Source: Octopus vulgaris (taxonomy: Eukaryota). From it: a stretch of 64,000 bases of DNA. Location of the stretch: positions 39,432,001 to 39,496,000 of the forward strand of contig OX597838.1 of assembly GCA_951406725.2 (NCBI GenBank), in the 5' to 3' direction. This document shows positions 57,209-64,000 of this stretch, one piece after another. The position numbers were made by a program, and so were the translations under genes. How positions within the stretch are numbered: position 1 is the stretch's first letter; every line of letters starts with the position of its first letter. The notes beneath the pieces are model-generated. The model searched no databases and was not told the origin of the DNA. It saw only the letters and a program-made list of their open reading frames with translations.

Positions 57209-60200
57209 GTAAGTATTTGTTATTTTTGTTGTTGTTGGTGGTGGTGATAGTAATAGAGGAGGTGGTGGTGGTGGTGGTGGTATTCGTGATGATGGTTGCA
57301 TTGATCGAGTGAGGGACATCTTGGTGTTGCGGAGGGACATGTAATTGTTGGCGAACATTCAGATGGACGGGTGTCGTTCTGGATATCAGGATATAGCATA
57401 TGTGTGGCGTTGTAGGAAGAAGCTTGCTTCCAAATCACATCGTTCCGGGTTCAGTCCTACTGCATGGCACCTTGCGCAAGTGTCTTCTTCTACAACCTCG
57501 AACCGACAAAATCCTTGAGTGAATTTGATAGGCGTGAACTGAACGAAGCCCGTCGTTTGTATGTGTGTGTGTATGTGTGTGTGTGTGTATGTGCGTGTAT
57601 GTGTGTGTGTGTGTGCACGACTACCGGTGTTGGTGTGTATACGTCCCCATGAATTAGCGGTTCGGCAAAATAGATAAGCTTAAACAATGAGGACTGGTAT
57701 CGATACGCTCGACTAAAATTCTTCAAGGCGACGCCACAATATGACCGCAGCCTAAATGAATGAAACAAGTAAAATATTTATTTCTTTACTACCCACAAGG
57801 GGCTAAACATAGAGGGGACAAACAAGGGCAGACAAAGGGATTAGGTCGATTCCATCGACCCCAGTCCGTAACTGGTACTTAATTTATCGACCCCGAAAGG
57901 ATGAAAGGCAAAGTCAACCTCGGCGGAATTTGAACTCAGAACGTAACGGCAGACGAAATACGGCTACGCATTTCGCCCGGCGTGCTACCGTTTCTGCCAG
58001 CTCGCCACCTTCCAAAACAGTAACAAGTAAAATATTGAAGATGTCTGTGTCTGGCTAAATAACATGCATTTACTACCCATTCCATCGTGGTGTGACGAAC
58101 CATTGAGGGATATTCTTTGCTGTTACATGTAAAATTCCCTGCTAACCTCTCAAAGCACCACCTTTGAATATTACGATAACAACGGCATGATAAGTCTATA
58201 TCTACCAAGCAAGCAAATAACCAATCAACCAAGATAAAACTATGTAACCACTTAAAGCATGATATTTGTAGTGGAGGAAGTATTTTTCTCTGCAATATTT
58301 TCCCAGCTCCTTTTTCAGTCCTAGTGCCTATAGCTAAAGGAATATTTTCTCCATATTTCTATGGATATTGAGCTTTATTAAAGTGTTTTTTCTTTTTTTG
58401 CTGCTGCTTTGAACGACAATCCTGTCTTATTTAGGTCAACATTAATCTTGTTTTCCTTTTAGGTAGAGGCAGTCTACGGCATTGTTGATGTAGGCACTTT
58501 TTGTACTAGTCAATATCTTTCAAGCTTTCAGATCAAGGGTTCCGATCTCATAAAATATTCAAGCAAGTAGCCGAAATGCATACTATATTGGTATTGCAAA
58601 TACATTGTGGTTCATTATTTTAACGTATGCAGAGAGTTCTGGGGTTCATATTTTCCTTATCCATCTGTTACATGCTTTAGTGAGGCGTTACTTATTACAC
58701 TATCATCGTTAGATATGTTTTCATATACCCCAAGGTACCTGTAACATTACGCATCAGATATAGGAGAGACAGTTAAGTCACTGATCGAGATGCCGCTGGT
58801 CTGGTTTAAAGTTTTCGCTCGTTCCATAAGCACATGAGAATATTTATCCTGATTAAACTCCAAGTGAATCATATCTTTGAATATACTTTCTGGAACTTTA
58901 ACGAGTTGAAGGGCATCTATCTCATGAGTGGTGAACAGAGTCAGAGAAGCTTTCCAACCACATTGAAAACAGGTTTCTCTTATGCTGCCGCACCTCCGAC
59001 ACCGTAGTTTTGTTTATTAATAATTGCTCAGCACACCCTCAATCTCCCTTCATCCAAGCTACTTGTTCTGCTCAGGTGATATTAGTTTCACAATGGTCTT
59101 GAAGGAAAAGATTTAAACTGGCAGTAGATACTTTATACAATATTAAGTACTGACATGCAATTGGACAGTAATTCTTTGCCACGTGGGTGGTTCTGCTTTT
59201 GAGGGATCAGTTTTGTCACTACTAGAGCTAACCAGTGTGGCATGCTAATATCCCCATTGAAACTTGTGGGTACAGATTGAGAAAGTAGGCTTTTCTATGA
59301 AGAAGGTTTTGAATTGCAGTCGCAAGAGCATCGCCATTGACGCTGCATGTCTCCAGATTTTCACCAGAAGGAATCTATATTTTATAGTGAAGAAGCTTCT
59401 ATGGCATCTACTGCTTCTCTTCTCATATCTCTGTATACAACTGCCTGATTTTGGTTAAATTTTTCCTTGATTATTTTCTCACTTTCCCTTCATTGATGTT
59501 GGAGTTTCTCACTGATAGCTTTTTAGCTTCTTTTGAAGGTTGATCAGTTCAATAAAGTCAAACATTATTTCCATCTTCTTCACTTTGTGTTGGCGAGACG
59601 TATAGTGATTTGATGTACGTATGTATGTATGTATGTATGTATGTATGTATGTATGTATGTATGTATGTATGTATGTATGTATGTATGTATGTATGTATGT
59701 ATGTATGTATGTATGTATGTATGCATGCATGCATGCATGTATGTATGTATGTATGTATGTATGTATGTATGTATGTATGTATGTATGTGTTTACGGGTTG
59801 AGTTATAGATTAAATAAACACCAGCGAGGTTATGCTCCACACAGAAATTGTAGGAGCTGTTTAGAGGTATTCAACGCTCTTCTGTTGGTGGCTACAGTCA
59901 TGTCAATGTAGGGAATCCCTTTCGTATTCAGCGAGTATCTGAGGGTCACAAATGACATGCTTCTTCATCTGTACGCTCTTCCGGAGTTGGCCAGTGGCGA
60001 CTGATTTATCTTTTGATTGCTGAAGGTTTCCATCAGCGATCTCTTGTCAGCTACAACCATTTTGAGCTGCTTTCAGCTGCCATGTCTATCTTCTTGGTGA
60101 CTATCTTTATTTCTCTGGATTGCAAACCAATCTCCTGCAGCTAAAGTGCACACCGATCTTGCTAGAAAATCGTGGCAACCAAAAACAAAAGGGCACGAGG

Positions 60201-60596
60201 TCACGTCTAATCCCCTGACAAGTCTCTCATCAAATCAGTCCTGAAATGTGGCTTCTTTCTCCTGATAAAAATAAGAGTCCACCAGTCAAATCCACTTGAT
60301 TCTCTTAGTGTGAGATTTGTTGCAATATAGAAAGCAGGTTCCCTACAGTTGCTTTCGCCTTTTCTTGCTTCTGGAATTGGTATTTTCCCACCTCTTGCAG
60401 AGTTGAATTTGCCTCCAGATTCAAACTGAGTTAGCATTAGACAATAAAAGCAAATTCTGTTACTCTGTGTGCGTGTGTGTGTGTGTCTGTCTGTTAGTCT
60501 GTCTGATCCCTGCCTATCCGAGTGTGTTTGTCTGAGTGTAATTTGTCTGAGTATGTGTGTTTGATTAAAACGCCAATTTATTTTGTTACATTGCAG

Positions 60597-60708
60597 GATG
60601 TGGGACAATCTTGGGGACATCTCTTCAAAATGCAAAACGACATCTGCTGAAAAATTACAAGAATGGATCAAAGCCCACTTCAACAATGACAAAGGGAGTT
60701 TACATTAA
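60597..60708 (+). CDS. STC-like: Stanniocalcin-like protein, copy B, last coding exon
   Basis: ttgcag|g-atg...; MWDNLGDISSKCKTTSAEKLQEWIKAHFNNDKGSLH*. Confidence 0.85.
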
Positions 60709-60784
60709 TGTACCTAGTTACTGGGAAGAATTCAAGATTTATTCGCGTGTCGGACTTTGGACTTGTTTACTGAGTATAGCTACC

Positions 60785-60851
<67 letters not shown>

Positions 60852-60972
60852 GTAAAAGGGGACTTTCATTAGTGCAGTATGTACTTGTAATCGTGTACAT
60901 GTATACACAAACAATACTAGCTTCCATATAGTTATATCTCCTATATTATTCATACATACATGCATGCATGCA

Positions 60973-61005
<33 letters not shown>

Positions 61006-61092
61006 GTATACATACGAATGAGTGAGTATATATATATACACATAACATACATACTCTTATATATCTATGTATTTCTAAATATATATATTATA

Positions 61093-61126
<34 letters not shown>

Positions 61127-61580
61127 CATGTATGTATGTATGTAAGTATGTATGTATTTATGTATGTATGTATGTATGTATGCATGCATGTATATTGGTA
61201 TATCCAAGCAAGGAGGAACATGCACATATGGAAAGTACTTTAACTATCTGTAGAATAAAAAATAACCAATTAATGATTATGAGAAATAAAGTTTGATGCC
61301 ACTTCTGCTAGATCAATGTTATTTTTACTGTTATTATTGTTTGTGTTTCCTTGTTTAACCCCAGGGCAGCCTCGAAACAGTATTAACTGACGTTTCAACC
61401 GTAACCATCACGAAATGTTTTGTCTATAAATAGATTTTCTCAAATTTAACAAATATTAGTTGATTTGTGAATTCGTCCATATTTATTTCGAAACGTTTAT
61501 TTGAATAACACAAAGAGAGGACAATCATTTGAATCAACAAAAATACTATCAACATAATGGTTAAAGCAACAATAAAACAA

Positions 61581-61674
<94 letters not shown>

Positions 61675-62444
61675 TCTTCTTAGGACGTATTTTTGTTTTT
61701 TCGATAACATGATTGGCGTAAACATATGCTCGCTTGTCTGCCTGCCTGCCTACCTGTCTGCCTGCTTGCCCGGATGGCTGCCTGTTTGTTTGTCTGTCTG
61801 TCTATCAGTGAATCTATCTATCTGTCTATGTATCTTCCTTCATGTTGTTATTGTTCTCGCAGTAGAAGCAACAGCAACAGCTGCAACAGTAACAGTGGTG
61901 CAAAATCTTTTCAGCAGCAAGGTACCACCCGAAATCCAACCAACCAGAAATTATCTCACAGTCAACCACCCTGACTTGTTTATCTCTCTTGGTGGATTCT
62001 TCAAGCATTTAACTCTACAAAGTAACTGGCCAGCCTCTGCTGACAAATGCCACAACATAAGCACGAGTTTGGACCTGTAAAAAGTATATCTAAGGCCCAT
62101 AGATGCTAGGAGCTTCCTTGCTAATTACATGCGTGGCTTTCTTTACAGTATGTGACCACGAGAGTTCTTGGAAGGATTCTTGTTGAGAGAGATGGTGTGA
62201 ATAAGCAGATGTTTTTCACTAGTTGGCCACATACTTCTAGCAGCGGTAAGAATGTTGCAGCAGGCGGAAATCAGCGAAGACAGCGACAACGCCATCTGTG
62301 CATTATTGTGTAAGGCTCATGATATAAGAGATTCTAATATGAGCGACCTGCACCCAACATAGAGAATCACAGCATGCAAAACGTACATATATACACACAT
62401 CTATCCATTCACACAAGTATATACATATGTATATATATGTGTGC

Positions 62445-62509
<65 letters not shown>

Positions 62510-62744
62510 ATCCAAACAAGAAGACACAGAAAAAAAGAGAAAAAAACACAGCAACGCAGGACGTGGAACAATTAAAGTATTATTGACGCTCAGGAAAGAA
62601 GGGAAGGAGGGTTTAACGTTTCGAGCGGAGCTCTTCGTCGGAAACAAGGAGAAGGAAAGATCCCAAGAGATCACATGTTGATAGAACAGAAGTTGAGAGG
62701 TAGTCGAAACATGGTTTTTAAAAGCAAGAGAGTTTCAAAAAAGG

Positions 62745-63248
62745 AATGCGTGTGTGTGTGTGTGCAAGGATGACAGGTGTGTTTGTGCGTGCGTGTGAGT
62801 GTGTGTGTTTCGAGTAACTGCTTAACCTAGTGCGTGTGTGCGTGTGTGCTTGTACGTGCGTGTGTGTGTGTAGGGATGTATGTGTGGGTTCATTTGCGTG
62901 AGAGTGTATGTATGTACGTGTATGTGTGTGCGTGTATGTGTGCATTTGTATGTTTGTGGGTATGTGTGCGTGCGCGGATAGGTGTATATTGTGTATGTAT
63001 ATCTGTCGGTGTGTATGTGAGTTTGTGTGTGTTTGTGTATTGTATATATATATGTAAATGTGTGTGTGTGTGCGTGTGTGTGTACGTGCGTGCGAGTGAA
63101 TGTATGTATATATGTGTGCGAGTGTGTACAATGTAGAGGCTTATATGTGTTTATATGTTTATATGTGTGTGTGTATGTATGTGTGTATGTGTGTATGTGT
63201 GTGTATGTGTATGTATATATGTATATGTATGCGTGTGTGTATGTATGT

Positions 63249-63279
<31 letters not shown>

Positions 63280-64000
63280 CGTGTGTGTATGTATGTATGT
63301 ATGTCTGTGTATGTGTGTATGTATGCGTGTGTGTATGTATGTATGTGTGTATGTGTGTGTGTATGTGTGTATGTATGAATGTGTGTGTATGTATGTGTGT
63401 GTGTATGTATGTATGTACGTACGTATGTATGTATGTGTGTGTGTATGTGTGTAAGTGTGTGTGTATGTATGTATGTATGTACGTATGTGTGTATGTATTT
63501 TTGCATGCGTGTATGTGTGTATGTGCGTGTGTGTACATATGTATGTATATGTATGTGTGTGTATGTATGTATGTATCTATGTATGTAGTGTATCTATGTG
63601 TGTGTGTATGTATGTATGTGTGCATGCGTGTATGTGTGTATGTGTGTGTGTATGTATGTATGTATATATATGTGTGTGTAGGTGTGTGTGTATGTGTGTA
63701 TATGTGTGTGTATGTATGTGTCTATGTATGTATGTATGTGTGTGTGTATGTGTGTGTATGTATGTATGTGTGTGTATGTATGTGTGTATGTGTGTAAGTT
63801 TGTGTGTGTGTGTATGTATGTATGTACGTGTGTGTGTATGTATGTGTATGTATGTATGTGTTCGTGCGTGTGTGTGTATGTGTGTGTGTATGTGTGTATA
63901 AGTATATGTATGTTTGTGTATCTATGTATCTATGTATGTATGTGTGTATGTATGTGTGTATATATGTATGTATGTGTGTATGTGTGTGTGTATGTATATG
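62745..64000. repeat. Long degenerate (TG)n/(TATG)n low-complexity tract
   Basis: Direct reading; source of the spurious V/C/M/Y ORFs. Confidence 0.9.

Overview
Eukaryotic, AT-rich, microsatellite-saturated animal DNA. The SINE types, (TA)/(TATG)/(TAA)/(TATC) runs and long introns suggest a coleoid cephalopod such as Octopus; this is an inference. There are three main structures. (1) A direct duplication (about 2251-15740 vs about 47084-62390). Each copy carries three coding exons, missed by the ORF track, of a stanniocalcin-like 10-cysteine protein; the two copies differ at 19 amino acids but only about 2 synonymous codons, while some intron stretches are almost identical. (2) Between the copies, a head-to-tail array of four L1/Tx1-clade non-LTR retrotransposons (17325-38650), each bounded by (TATC)n, with apparent 5' module swapping between subfamilies and conserved terminal RNA structures. 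(3) A background of decayed mariner-type transposons, R4/Dong-like LINE remnants, non-autonomous Helitrons, tRNA-derived SINEs, MITEs and minimal hammerhead ribozyme motifs. Most short ORFs in the track are microsatellite artefacts. All comparisons were made by eye, so TE boundaries are approximate.
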